A stretch of DNA of 49,966 nt from Blastocystis sp. subtype 4. Lineage: Eukaryota. Location of the stretch: contig NW_014569508.1 in the NCBI RefSeq assembly GCF_000743755.1, positions 1 to 49,966 of the forward strand, in the 5' to 3' direction. Under the pieces are notes generated by a model. It was given only the letters and a program-made list of their open reading frames with translations, searched no databases and was not told the DNA's origin. Shown in pieces: positions 23,932 to 37,213 of this stretch. Made by a program: the position numbers and the translations under genes. How positions within the stretch are numbered: the first letter of the stretch is position 1; the number at the start of each line of letters is the position of its first letter.

Positions 23932-26900
23932 ATGGAAACATTAATCCAAGATGTTTCTAGAATCTTAGAACAGGCAGAAAATGGAAAGGAAGCATGTAAG
24001 GAACGTTTCTCGAAAGAAGTGGAAAAACAAGAACAAGAATATATGGACATAATTTCAAATCACTTTGAAGCATTATATGAGTCTTGTCGTTCTGTATGGT
24101 TTTTAACCGACGTTTCACTTATAGCATGAGCCGAAAAACCAAATTCCAATATTTGAAGCGTTATTCAAAGCAATGACACATCATCATGAACTTCTCGTTT
24201 CTTTCGTAAATACCGGTTTTGAACGACTTCCCTTTATGTCCAAGGTTGTGGCCTATTTAACGTCGTGTGTAGCAATCCCTCGACTTTTTCAATCAGACGT
24301 TACTGTATTTGATTTCTACCTATTTTAGTGTAGGATTTGAGGGAGTCTGTGGCAGCCTTTTTAGAGAAAGAACAGCCTAAGGAATTGTTAAATGCTCTAA
24401 CCATTATCTGTGTGAATGCTGTTGATAAGACCTACAGCTCTGCTTGCTCTCAAATCATTGATCTCTTTTCACCGCCTCTCCACAAATCATCCCTTCAATT
24501 TCTCCCGTCTCTTGTTCGCTTCGCTTCAGCGCGGAACCAATCTCTAAATGAACTTTTTGAAGGATGTCTCCACTCCTATTTTGCATATAAGCATATGAAC
24601 CCCAGAAAACCTCTGTTTATTGACGATGAAGGCAAGTGTGGTGAAAATGGTCCAGAAGAAGGGTCAGCCATTGAAGTCGATATGATTCTTAATGAAACAG
24701 AATATTTACGAGTCCTTAGCACATGCTTCGATCAACATCAATCAGGAGAATCTAGTATATTGAATGTTGGACTGTTGATCTAGTTCACCGATGTATTCGT
24801 GACTGCTGGATTGCAGATGAGTATCTGGGGTTTGTGAAGAAATATCAACGAAGACAACTGATAGCTTGTCAAACTGGATTGGTAAGTGTCCTCCAGAATG
24901 AAGAAGGAATTTCAAAGGAACAAGTCGTATACAACACATCACTCATTCTTTCTCATCTTTCAGTCAATGAGTGTGAAAACATCGTGATTTCTGTTCTTCC
25001 AACGGAAGGTCATATTGTGATGAAGGAATGATACATAGAACCATTTGAAGAGAATTCGGTTCGAAGATGTGGAATTCTAATCGAAGCTCTCATTCCAATG
25101 GAGACGAGTAATGCTGCCATACTCAAAATTCGCTTGATTACGACTCTCCTTCGTAATTCCATTATCACATACAACAAGAATCCCATGAATTCTACTCTTG
25201 TGAAGTATTTGGATCAATTGAATGCCAATATCACTCAACGCAATATACCCACTCCCACTTCATCTTCTCATTCTTCTTCAATTGAAGGTCTTACTACCAC
25301 ATTCACACCAGATCCTTCAGCTACTCATATTGTAGGGATCTGTGATGCTATAGACGTAGATCCAGGAACTCCAGAAGGAAGTGGCTTTTCTTAACCGAGA
25401 TACTACCAGTAGTGAAAAACCCAAAGTTCCTGCGAGAATTCGTCAACTCCATTTATTTCGAAATAGTTGGTTTAATACTACCGTTGTGAATAATGTTTTG
25501 CGAATGCGTGTATAATGATTTTCATGGTACTCAGAAATAGAAAACACGCGAACTGAAGGAGTTTGAACTCTTTCTGTATCGGTGTAACTTCATCACAGAA
25601 AAGGATCATTCTGACTATGTAAATAACATAATCCCTCAGAAGCCAAAAACGGGTCTGAATTCGGTCAAACGAGATGCTCCACCGATCGAATCTAGTGGGA
25701 AAGAACAGAAAACCGAAGTAGATGATAGAATCGATCGTATTTATGCCATTGCGAAGAATCTAAAGGAATCAGATCCATTGATCGTAGCATTCAGATAGAA
25801 ACTGAGATTCAGGAAACTCATCGTCACTTCATAGCACTGCAGAATCTGATTCTTGAAAAGGAGAATCATGACAGTTTGATTCCAGTTGTATGGAATATGT
25901 TTGTGAAGAGTTTGAATGGATTGAGAAAGGAAGTCTGGTTGAAAGAGGAGTTGTTGTCATGGTTAAAAGAATGGTCAGCAGTCTTCCTCGTTATTCAACC
26001 CATTAGATGTGAATTAGAGAGACAATTATTGTTGTTTGTTCCTTGGTCGGAGAAGAAGAATGATGAATCTGCTTTCTTCACCACATCATCATCCATTGAA
26101 GAGAAAATTAGTTCATTATTTGGAATCCTTTTTCTTGAAACATTGTATCTGAATCGAGAGAAGGATGATAAGATGCGATTGGAGTTATGTGATGAACTGA
26201 TACAGTGGACAGAATGGGTCCTTGATATTCATGAAGCTGATGAATCTCTTGTCGTACAAACATGTTTATGCTTTCCATTGATTCTTGAAGGAATAAGAAA
26301 TGAAATTGAAACGGAGAATGAGAAATGGATTCGGGTTCATTCGATGATCATTCCAAAACAAGTCCTGTTTTTGGTAATGATGGTATTAACTGTTCATTCA
26401 AGAGATACAAGTGGACTTTTGTGGAGAATACAATGGATACCTATTGAATTCTACACAGAGCCATCATTCAATGGTTTCACTGCACTCTTAACCACATTAC
26501 TCCAATTGAATCTCAGCACTCATGAAGAGAGTGTTTGTGAAGAGAAGGATCCTTGTAGAATATCGAATGAATGGATTGTAAAAGTTGAAGAGAAGATGAA
26601 TCCATCTTTTGAGAGTCAGTTTTTAAGACTTCTAATTGGACTATCTAATTACTGTTTGAATCGAATGGAAAACACATATCATACATCCCATATTTGTTTA
26701 ATTGATAATGTGAATTGTGTGGATGATGTCGATTGTGACTCCATTTCAGAGGATTGGGCACAGTTCTATCAATTCTCATATCACTGTCAATCCCAACCCC
26801 TTGTAATGTCATTCACATTTTCATCCACTCTTTCACAGCAAACAACTGATAATTCGATTCTATTCCTTTCAATTCCTCACTCATGTATCACCCTTCTATT

Positions 26901-27976
26901 TCAACTCATTCAAATTCACTTTCATTCTCCAATCATTCCATATGATTCATTCTCTTCATTTATTCATTCTTTGATCAGCCTATTGCGTGAAGCTATGGAC
27001 TCACAGAGTCCAGACTTGCATCCTAATTCAGCTAATGCATTCATTCTTTTCAATGTTCTTCTATCGAAGTTGATCCTTCATTTCTTCCTTGTCAACCCAA
27101 ATGGTTCACCAACCAAGGAATCCCTCTTGGAGAGTGCAGAGCTCCTAGCTCCTCAAGAGTCATTTCCAGCATCTGTTTTGTTTCCTTTTGTAATTCCATA
27201 TTTCCTGAATACTGTTCCAATTCCAAACAAAGTAAGGATACCAGCCCTTCGCTGTTATCCTTATCTTGCATCCCTCTTTCCTTGGGCTGTCTCTTTCCAT
27301 CCAGAATTGACTCAAACCCGTCAATGGATTGATTGGGATTTTGGTCATTCGGATGTTCAGCCTCGTCATCCTATGAAGGATCCAGAGTCCATCCAGTTTT
27401 GGTTCAGATATTGGAAGCAAGAAGTCAAATCAGGTCGATTTATGAACGCAAAACAATTGAATCAGAGTACGAGGAGAATCAGTGAGCAGGAGAATGCACC
27501 TTTGTTTATCTGGTTTCTAATAACACACCTGAAGGAGTTTTCTGAAGAGGTACATAAGGTTGGACTTGCCTTTTTGTCACAACTGTTCACATGCAGTCAG
27601 TATGGGTTGAGTTGTTTGTTCCCAGCGGAATGCGATCATTGTTGTGAGTTGGCAGAAGGAGTTGTAATCTTTTTTTGTAGTATTTCTGACAGTGTATTCC
27701 TATCCATGTTCCATCAACACTATGAGTATCTCAGACGCTTTCTTATGAATGTGAAGTGTATGATGAATATGTGTCCAAACCCTATATCCCACAATTACTG
27801 TCAATGTGAAGAGTGTACTCAAGGTTTGAATCAAGGAAACGAGATAGGGTTACTTCGTCAGAGTATTTATCAACTAAGAGAGAAGTTGGCTCAACGAATC
27901 CGACTCCTGATGCAAGAGAAAGCCTGGAAAAATGACCGATGTATCATAGATATGAAAACTCTCTTTCCTGAACTAT
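23932..27976 (+). CDS. Large hypothetical alpha-helical protein (multi-exon; may be more than one gene); stop probably completed by polyadenylation
   Basis: Chain of + ORFs linked by about 30-nt introns, ending in the 721-aa ORF; ...CCT GAA CTA T|CTAT|TGTTTGTT. Confidence 0.5.
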
Positions 27977-27980
27977 CTAT

Positions 27981-28000
27981 TGTTTGTTATCTAACAAACA
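27981..28000. promoter_or_regulatory. Back-to-back polyadenylation elements TGTTTGTT-atct-AACAAACA shared by two convergent genes
   Basis: Perfect 8-bp inverted repeat between the + gene ending at 27976 and the - gene ending at 28010. Confidence 0.8.
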
Positions 28001-28009
28001 GATCACATT

Positions 28010-30685
28010 CTAATCATAGAATTCTTCATATTTCTCATTAAGAATTCTCTGGAGATCTTCTATTGAATACTACTCCATAATCATATTGAATCATTTTCTA
28101 CCTTACTATAATTACTGTTACTGAACATCTTTTTTGGAGTTGAGAGTTCATTCTCCAATTCTTTGGTTTTTCTTAGACCATCGGTAATACGGTTATCTAA
28201 ACTTCTAATATCTGAAGTCAGCTGACGGTAATCACCAATTACTTTCCTCAAAATTTCCACTGTTTCATCATACAATCGTTCCTCTTCAGTCTCTACAATA
28301 ATTCGATCCACAGGTACACTAATTGATGACCGATTTGATTCCAGTTCGACTTCAGGATTCTTCTCAGACAGTTTCAGTTCTAGATGTCCTGAACGGACAT
28401 GTTTGGATTCTGTCAGCCCTGGGAGTTTCCCTGGAGTGAGACTGGTTGATTTTACAGTCCCACTCGCCAATACAGGTGCCTTCATCACAGTCAGATCCAC
28501 ATCGGATGATGTTTCGCCTGCTTCCTTAGGAGAACGTATCTCAAGTTGAGGTGCAGGAGGAAGCTTGCATTCCAGCCTAATTGCTGATGGATCTGGATAC
28601 AGTTCATGACAAGAAAACGGACCTAATGTAGGCAGAGACTGAGGTATCGGAGACACACCGTTATGTCTCGATGACTGGGAGAACGAACGACTGGCTTTGT
28701 GATGAATCTTCGGTGTGGAGAAAGCTCGTTCTGGTGATAGATATTCCACCATATCTCGGAGTTCTTTAGGAGCCCAGATTTGTGGCGTATCTGAGAAGGT
28801 GTTTCGATGTTTTCCAAGAGGAGATTTGTATTCTAGAACTGGTATGTCCTCAAGAGGGTCCGAAGTGATTCGAGGAATCGCACTTGGTCGACTAGATATG
28901 AAAGAGAGTCAATGAATTACCCTGGACTTATCGCATCTTTCATTCTCATTTGATTTGCGCTTTGAACCTGTTTCTGTATGGTTCTATGAATCAACACATG
29001 TTTCTATTCACACGATTCGAAAGTACCTCTGTCATTGATGGGAGGAGAGACATTATCACTATGAAATTCTCGAATCTGATCCGAAAATTCCCGCAAATGA
29101 TTCGTTTTGACAGGATTAGGTGTCAAAAATCCTTCTAGTGGTCGTGAACATTCCTCTTTGCGTGGAGTGGATGGTGGTTGGGGTTGATTGTTAACCCGCA
29201 CCAAAACAAACAAATCATTGGTATTCGCTTGAACCAGTCTTGAAACCAGTTCCTTATAAGAACAATGAAAATTTTGGAGTATTTGTGTCATATCAGTTTC
29301 ATCTCCTTCACTTCCACAATCCATATTGCCACTCGAAATCTCAATATTCTCAATGGATAAGGGAGTGAGGATTCGACTATTCATTACTTTTCCATTAAAC
29401 TCCAACAATAGGTGACTCCCCTTAAAATCTTTTATCAAATAACGAGAATCCAATTCATATTGACTGAATGGTTCTTCTTCAATGAATTGCTTACTAGATA
29501 GTGACATACTACAATAAACTATTCCTTCATTACATACTTCGCACTCACATGAAAGGAATAACCTCCAAATGATACCAGTTTGGTAACATGAGCTGATATC
29601 ACTCCTAAGCAACAATGGTGAAGAAAAGCTGATTGTTTCAGGAGTTGAGGACCATTCCATTCTTTTGTATGAAGATTATACGACGATAAGGAATATTCCA
29701 ATCTATATTAAAAATAGGACGATTTTGTACCCTCCAAAAAACACAAGACAATCGGGAAAGTGAACACAGACAGCTCCTATGGATACAAATTGTTGGTTTT
29801 CATTGCCTGAAACTAATTCCCACGATTTGTTGATAATATCATAATACCAAATATCGGTAAGATTTTCGCCATTCAGGGAATCCCTAGAAAATGAGTATAG
29901 AATGATTCGACAACCCTCCAAAAAGAATAATTCGATTCTGCGAGATGAAACACTGTGGAGAGGAACGTTGACAGGGAAGATTATAAAAGCGAATGCTAGA
30001 ATTTGTTATCATATATCCGAAAGGAGGATAATGAAAAGACTGATCTTGCAAAAGTGAACATGTAGCACAAGGAATTTGAGAAGGATGAAAGAGGGTTGTT
30101 ACTACATAGAAATATTAATGAAATTGTACAATCTCCAGTTGTAAGATTAATTTCATACATTGTAAGAATATTACAGACGAGACAGTCAATACTGTTCATG
30201 TCTATGAATCAGAATAGGTTCTTTTCAGATACTTCTCTCTGTTCCAATAATATAAAGGGTATTCTCATAACATACACAGGTGTGGTCACACAGAGCAGGA
30301 TACTTCCTCTCTGGAAACAACTATAGAATCAGCAAATAATAGTAACAATACCTGTAACCATATATTGTCCAATGGGTGGTATAACCACAAATCGTTCAAA
30401 GATTTGCCATTGGCATCTTTCCCTCCACAAACTAGAACTAAATTGTTCCACAGAGTAATTGCATGCCGTGTTCGAGCAGGAGGAGAGACATCTACTCAGG
30501 TTACGATACTGCATGGATTTTATACGAGTATTAACTCTACTGACCTGTGAAGTAGTTGAGTTGAAAACGAACAAGGCATTGGTAACAGTGTTGTTCAAAA
30601 TGCCTCCAAAAATATACCCAGTGGATCCATCTCTGCTGGTAATGCACTTTGCATCACTTGGTAGCATTTGCATGTTCTTAGACAT
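28010..30685 (-). CDS. Kelch-repeat protein with Ser/Pro-rich and coiled-coil C-terminus
   Basis: GYIFGG, LVCGGKDANGKSLNDLW, DHTCVCYENTLYIIG and LVFFGG kelch motifs; last exon after the 32-nt intron reads YSIEDLQRILNEKYEEFYD*. Confidence 0.7.
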
Positions 30686-31205
30686 CAATGATGATATTGC
30701 TTAGCAGTCAGGTATGACTGATGCCAACAAAATAAAAGAAGCTGTTTAAGGAGGAGAAGATGTCGTTTTGTGTGCTATTGACAGATGTGTCAAAATCAGG
30801 ACTATTTTGAATGTACTCTCAAGGATAACGCAACGAAAGAAAAACATGGTTTGATGGATGAATACCTTTCCCTCTCTAGTAGTATTCTTATTCACGTACT
30901 ATGGAGCGGGACAATTCAGCGGCATCGGAATCTCGGATTCCGTGGTTATCTAACAAAACAAGCGGGGAGAAACGAAGACCCTGTTTTGAAGCTTCTCTTC
31001 TCATCCGTATTTATATTTATTCTTCTAACGTGAGCAGAGCTTGGAATCCTCGTTTTCTCTAATCAGAAGTTGTGATTGTTGTGTTCTGTAAAGCTATTTG
31101 TTAACCTGAAGAACACGAACTATTATTTGGATTAAGTGATATCATTTGTATGACTGTGTTATCTACTGTCTAATGTCCTAGTTTATAAGCATATTTGTTC
31201 CAACT

Positions 31206-32649
31206 ATGGGCCAAGGTCGTAAGAAGACATTAAGATCAGAGAATGGTCGGTTCCGCCGAAGGTCAATTACCCAAGAAGTCGAAAATTCTGATGTTTCGTC
31301 AATCTCCCATTACTTGGGAGCAGCTATGTATTCCCGAAACTATCGTGGCTCACCTTCTTTTCGAGGATCTCGACATCGAGACCCAACTCCATTTCCTGGT
31401 TCAGGTCATAACACCTTCTCCTCCTTCTCTCTTGGTCAGCCTGCAAACTACACGAAAATCCGTACGTTCAATGCTTCGCCTACCAATGTTTGTGCTACTG
31501 ATGAATCACTTCCTTTTGTTTCCACTTCATTGAAGGAAGAACATGCTCCTTCTCTGCGACATACGCAGAACTATCAAATTGCTGAGTTGCTAGTTCGTTC
31601 ACTCTTCCCAAAGAACTACATCATGCAGAATGAGAAGCGACGAGATATCACATGTGATATCCGTGAAGCTCTTCATACAGCAATGCAGGATATTCTTGCT
31701 GAAGTGCATAATCCCTATTCGCTTATGGAAGCTGTTTCATGTCCCGAAGGACCTGTCCCATTCATCTTGGGAAAGCAAGGAGAACATATTGTGATGTATC
31801 TGGTTAATCGTTGTCGATTTGAGAAGATTTATGGTATTTCTGTAAACACGGCCATTTTGTCACAATTGTTGTATTTCCTTCCACATTTGATTCCATCTTC
31901 AGAACGAGCATTATACTCGATTCTAGTTGATTTTGTGGAAGAAGAAAGGAAATATGGTGATTCGTCTGATGATGAATTGTATGTGAAGAATACGGAATAT
32001 GGTCACATACACAGATTGGTGGAGTTATGGAGTTCTCTTGTGAACTCATTGTATGAGAAATACTGTACATACTTGTTCACACATCAGGATGAGATGACAA
32101 GTGGTGATGAAGTTATGATGTATTCACCCAAGACACTTCGTCGTGCTGGATACTTGCTACTTCGATGTTCAGGAGTGGTAATGAAGTATCGACCAATGAT
32201 AGTGAATGGTCTGATGAAGTTATTGTATATGGATCAAAAGAGTGTGAGCGAGTTATTACATATGATCTATTCGAAATGGCCAACGACTTCACCTAAGAAG
32301 ATAGCTACATGGATCTGTCTAGTCCAAGATTTATTCGAGAATTGTTCTCTGTTTATGAATGAGCAATATGAGCAGGATGTAAATAGAGTATTATCAAGGA
32401 TTCTTCTAGTGGTGAATGAGCGACATGCAGATTGTGGTCTTCGTGCGTTATCTCTATTGAATAGTGATCGCATTCTATTAAACTATATTATGGAGCACCC
32501 ACAACGTGTTCACTTGATTGAAAAGTGTTTACAATCAATACGTGAGATGTTGTAGGATTGCATAATGGGTAGAGAACCATTGGTGTGATGCAATTCGCGA
32601 GCAGGGAGATGAGTTATTCGACAGATTGTTAGATTGTATTGATTTGTGA
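31206..32649 (+). CDS. Divergent PP2A regulatory B' (B56) subunit-like protein
   Basis: KWPTTSPKKIATWI (cf. WPKTxSxKEVMF), HADCGLRALSLLNSD (cf. HFQVAERAL), HWCDAIRE (cf. HWN). Confidence 0.65.
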
Positions 32650-32836
32650 TTCTCTATGTGTGTACAATAAAAACTATCTATCATTTTGTTTGTTTGGCAG
32701 AATTATGGATTTGACTTAAGAGAATTGGGTTCTAAAAGAGATGTATAGTGGTCAGCTTATATCAAAGGGGCGGTGATAACTAACCACACACAGTCCGATC
32801 ATCCCATACTCATTCTTAAGAGAAGTTTCTTACCCA

Positions 32837-33378
32837 ATGGTTGTAAAGTATGATAGCAGTTCTTGAGTTCTCTTGATATCTCTACGGTGGTTCGAGTTGC
32901 TCACCATTTCTAGGACTTTGACTTGTTCCTTCTCCGAGTACAAGATTTATCCTGGACATGGAGGCATGTACATTCGCAAGGATGGACAGGTAAATGACCG
33001 TCTAAATCATTCATTTGTAGCCCGTGCGTTATTTGAACAGCAAGTGTTGCTCTTTGAACGAGCAGAAGAAGAGACCTGCTCGTATCAGATGGACTACTTC
33101 CTGGAGACGTAACAACAAGAAGTCAGAGGTAGGTAGTTGTGGAAGTGAGATTTATGCATGATAGGCTGCTGAGAAGAGCAAGCGTCGTAGCAAGAAGTCT
33201 TATAAGGTGCAGCGTGCTGTGGTTGGCATGTCGATTGCGGATATCCAGAAGAAGAGAGAGCAGCGTGAGGAGATCACGAAGAAGTCAAAGGAGGCTGCTC
33301 TTGCGTATGACTTGATTAGGAAAATGAGTGTGTAGTGAGATTAAGAACAGAAAGGCTAAGAAGCCTGCTCGCAAGTAA
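32837..33378 (+). CDS. RPL24: 60S ribosomal protein L24 (eL24)
   Basis: CSFSEYKIYPGHGGMYIRKDGQ; KKRPARIRWTTSWRRNNKK; KVQRAVVGMSIADIQKKR; four introns. Confidence 0.95.
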
Positions 33379-33432
33379 ATGGATCGTTCCCCTTATTCTC
33401 CTAAGAATTTTCCTTGTTTGTAACCAAACACT

Positions 33433-35372
33433 TCATTTCCCCTTGAGTTCTTCCATCATTCTCTTTAGGAATGTAGGTTGATCCGGTCCCATCTCCTGAA
33501 CAACCTCGTCAAGAGCTTCCTTATTAATGGCCACACTCATATCCTCCGGCACATGATACTCTTTCATATCACGAACCTTCTCTACTGGAACGGCTGATAC
33601 GACTGGTACTTCTGCTGCAGTCTCCTTTCTCCTCCGTTGGAATCTTCCTCTGGAAGGATCCATCTCCACTGTCATAGCAATAGGAGCAGAAGAAGAAACA
33701 ACTACCGTTGGTTTTGATGCCTCTTCATCATAACTGCGATTATTTCCAGATTTGATTGCATCGAGAACACTTCCAAATGATGATAAATAGGCATTGGAAG
33801 GAGTAGATTTCTTTGATTTGGGAGCATCTTCAATCACTTTATAATCAGAAGTATCCACTTTGGAGATATGAACTTCTTTTGGTAATTCATGATCTGATTT
33901 CAATCTCAATACTTGTGAAGGAGGCTTCATCTCTGTTGAAGCTAATTTTGCTAACTGGCTAGTAAGTTCAGTAATCTCATTTCGTGTGGTTTCGATCTTG
34001 TCTTTTAGAATCTATATTTCAAAAAATCATTCAATATCAACTTGTTCTTTCATCTCTTTCATTTTCGCATTGTTTTCATTCATGAAGGCATCTAATGGAT
34101 CTTCACTTACTTCCATTCTAATCATCAGAATCTCATTTTATTCACTACGGTTCTGCTGTTTGACTCATTTGAATCTGTTTCTCATAGTAAGCCAACATCT
34201 TTTTCTTATAAGCAAGTGTCTCTTGAATCACTTCTCTCGATTCTGGGGTCTTCTTTTCACTTTTTGACTTCTTATTTGTTCGATCATAGTAATCATCTTC
34301 TTCTTCTTCTCGTCGTTCCCGAAGTCCTCGTTTATGACCTTCTCGATAACGTCGTCTCTCAACACTACATTTGGTTCCCATTCATAATTATACCTATCAT
34401 AGAGAGATTGCTCCATAGAATCAATCTGATTCTCCAACTTTGTCAATGTGTCTTCACGATTCTCTTTTTCGTTCTTCCACTTTTTGTTGGCTGACATTCG
34501 GGCTTTCTTGGCTCGCAATTCTAATATCTTCTCATACTGCTTCTTTTCTGTTTCTGTTAAGTCGCTTGTATCAAAACTGCTGCCTAGAATCGTCATCGAG
34601 TTTTCCTCTTCCGTCTACATTCCACTCCCATTTCATGCTTACTGCATCTTCATCAAATCCCCAAGTACCTTCCTGAAGTTGCTGCTGAAGATTCTCATCA
34701 ATGCCAAGACCACGCTCACCAAGAAACCGAATCTTCAGTTTTGGGACGTGGACCTTCTTCTCTTCTTTTGGTTTCGTTTCATTCTTACGACGGTCTTCTT
34801 CTTTTAGTTCCACCTTCTTTTCAGGACGCATGAATTCCGAAGGACCCGTCAATGAGTACATTCGTAAACTACCTCCAAATTGGAGATAGTCACCAACGTA
34901 TAAACGAGTGTATGTCTTAGGATCAAATGAATCAATAAACCAAACAAAAGGCTTCAGTTGATCTCCGTTCAAAAAGGTTCCATGCGTACTTTTGAAATCC
35001 ATCACCTCAATACGACCTTCATCTCCCATTTGTATCACAGCATGAATCCGAGACAAAGATGGATGTTCAGGAACAATATCACACACATCTGCATTCCGAC
35101 CTACATGTTATTCAACGATAAAACACCTTACCCACTAAGAGAATAGGTTGATTGCTTATACTCATATGTTCGATGAATATTCCCTTTTTGACTACATCAA
35201 ATCCATATTCACATCCTGGAAGATGAGACCAGGTTGGAATCGAGTAGCCAGCAAAAGCAACTCTTTCTTCTAGTGGAGCTTTCTGATTTGAATAATAACA
35301 ACAAGAAACTACGTTCAAAGAAGTCACAGTTAAGGATCCTTCGTCTTTGGTTGAAGTATCGGTAGAACTCAT
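33433..35372 (-). CDS. FHA-domain coiled-coil protein, kanadaptin (SLC4A1AP)-like
   Basis: YSIPTWS..FDVVKKG; CDIVPEHPSLSRIHAVIQ; DFKSTHGTFLNG; FGGSLRMY; EEDDYYDRT; 3' end AAA T|GAAG|TGTTTGGT. Confidence 0.75.
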
Positions 35373-35485
35373 CAAATAGAAGAAGTTACTTAACAGCACT
35401 TCGAATCAGAGCGAATTGTTGTTTTGATTCAAACGGGAGTTTCATGAGTACTTCGATTTGGTTTATTTTCTCCACGTGTACATCT

Positions 35486-37111
35486 ATGGGAGTATTTGAT
35501 GTTGAATTTTTAACTCTATTGCTTTCATCATTCGTTATCCAACGAATTGATCCGGTTATTAATCTTTGCCGACGAGTATGTCAAGCTTATGGCATTGACT
35601 CTTGTAGTTGTTGTCTGGTTTACATATTTATCTCCATCCTCCAAATGAGTATCTTGAAGATGCTATCAAACCTCTCCCGAAGAATTGTGAGGATAAAGAT
35701 GCCGCAATGAATGAACAGATTCGTGAAGTGCCTCATGTAGGTATGAAAATTGGTGTTGATTGAATAGAAAGTCGATGCTTTGTTGAAGTTGGGTGAACGT
35801 GATATGGATGATTATTACCTTTCTAAATTACAATACTACGATTATTTCTGGTGTCTAGTATATTTATTGGGTATCAATGTGATTGTGATGGCAGTTGTTT
35901 GTATTCGCACTTTCATTTTTGGATACTCTTCTTCTCACTTATACATGTACTCTCTTCTACTCTTGTGTGGTTTCTCTCTAATGATTCTGTGGCATCACAT
36001 TCAGGAGAGTTCAAAGCAGTCTGATGAATGGCTCCTTCTTTTCTTCTACTTCGTCTTTGCTTTTATCTATGCTCTTTGTCTCCTTTGTCTCCCATCATTC
36101 GTTTTATCAGTTTCATTCCAAGATTTGCTTGCTCAGATTCATTCGCATATCTCTTCTCTTCTTTCTCAACTCGGCATTCACTCTTTCTTCTCTATTCCTT
36201 CTTCTCTCCTTGCAGTAATCTTTGCATTTTTGTTAGCATTGATTCCTCCTCTCTTGGTTGAAAGTGCATTCCGATTTGCTCAATTAGAACTCCGCAAAGG
36301 ATGGAGTGTTTTTGGCATTCTAGCTTCTCATCTTCCACTTGTGATTCTCCTCTTCTCCATTCCTGGTCTTACCTTAACTCGATATGAAGGCAAGATGATT
36401 CATGGTGTTCTGTTTCTATTCTCACTCTCTTTCATGTGTAGAATTGATTCGGGTTTGTATTGGACGATTCGAGTAGCACTCACTTTCCTTTGGTGTCTGT
36501 GTCGAATTATTGAATTCCGTCCTCTTCTTCAGACATATCTCAATGGTGGCTGTAGTTCTGTCGTCAGAGAGGCCATCGAAACTAGCATGATCGAGTCCAT
36601 TCGTGCGAGTCGGTACAAGCCTGGAACCAAGCCGGCTCCACCCAAGTTCCCTTCTGGTATGTATCAAATCCCTAAGTATATTTGTATTGTGGCTCTTCAA
36701 CTGATGATTCCTGTGGTTATTGTTGTTTCATTGGTTGTTATGAGTATTGGAGTGGAACGTGAAGAGGGTGTAACTGATTGGATCCTTCATGTGGGTATCT
36801 ACAGTGTTGGTGAGCTATAGAGATTACACTCTTTCGGACTTCCTCTTTACGATACTGTTCCTCAGAAGTCAGGACTGATTCAGATGTGTCAGTCCTATGT
36901 GAAGACCATGATACCGAGTAGGTTTTAAGGAAGTGATTGATGGGAAGATTTGGATCTGAACTCGCTTCATATCCTTTCGGGAGTTGATATTTTTGGTGTA
37001 CTGAATTTCCTTTTCGTTTTCGTTCTATCAAGTTACTATTTCCTTCAGATTATCGGTCATTTATACTGGAGAACGAATTTAAATGCAACTGCAGCGAATA
37101 GCAAGCAGTAG
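35486..37111 (+). CDS. TMEM161: TMEM161-family multi-pass membrane protein
   Basis: YLHPPNEYL, LQYYDYFWCLV, FRPLLQTYLN and YICIVALQLMIPV match TMEM161 conserved blocks; TGTTTGTT at 37124-37131. Confidence 0.75.
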
Positions 37112-37213
37112 CTCTTTTTCTTGTGTTTGTTTGGATGTTCATGCCAATATAGTGTTTTGTAACACATTTGGGATCCCACATTGTGTTTTCTGTGGGATCG
37201 GCTACACTTAGAA

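Noticed and set aside
24337..24783. Hyccin/FAM126-like identity from LQFLPSLV
   Set aside because: A single short motif is insufficient support without a profile search.
36969..36976. ATATCCTT in TMEM161 gene as a U12 donor
   Set aside because: It lies in an open coding frame (LHILSG) that reaches the stop without splicing, and no suitably placed branch motif was seen.
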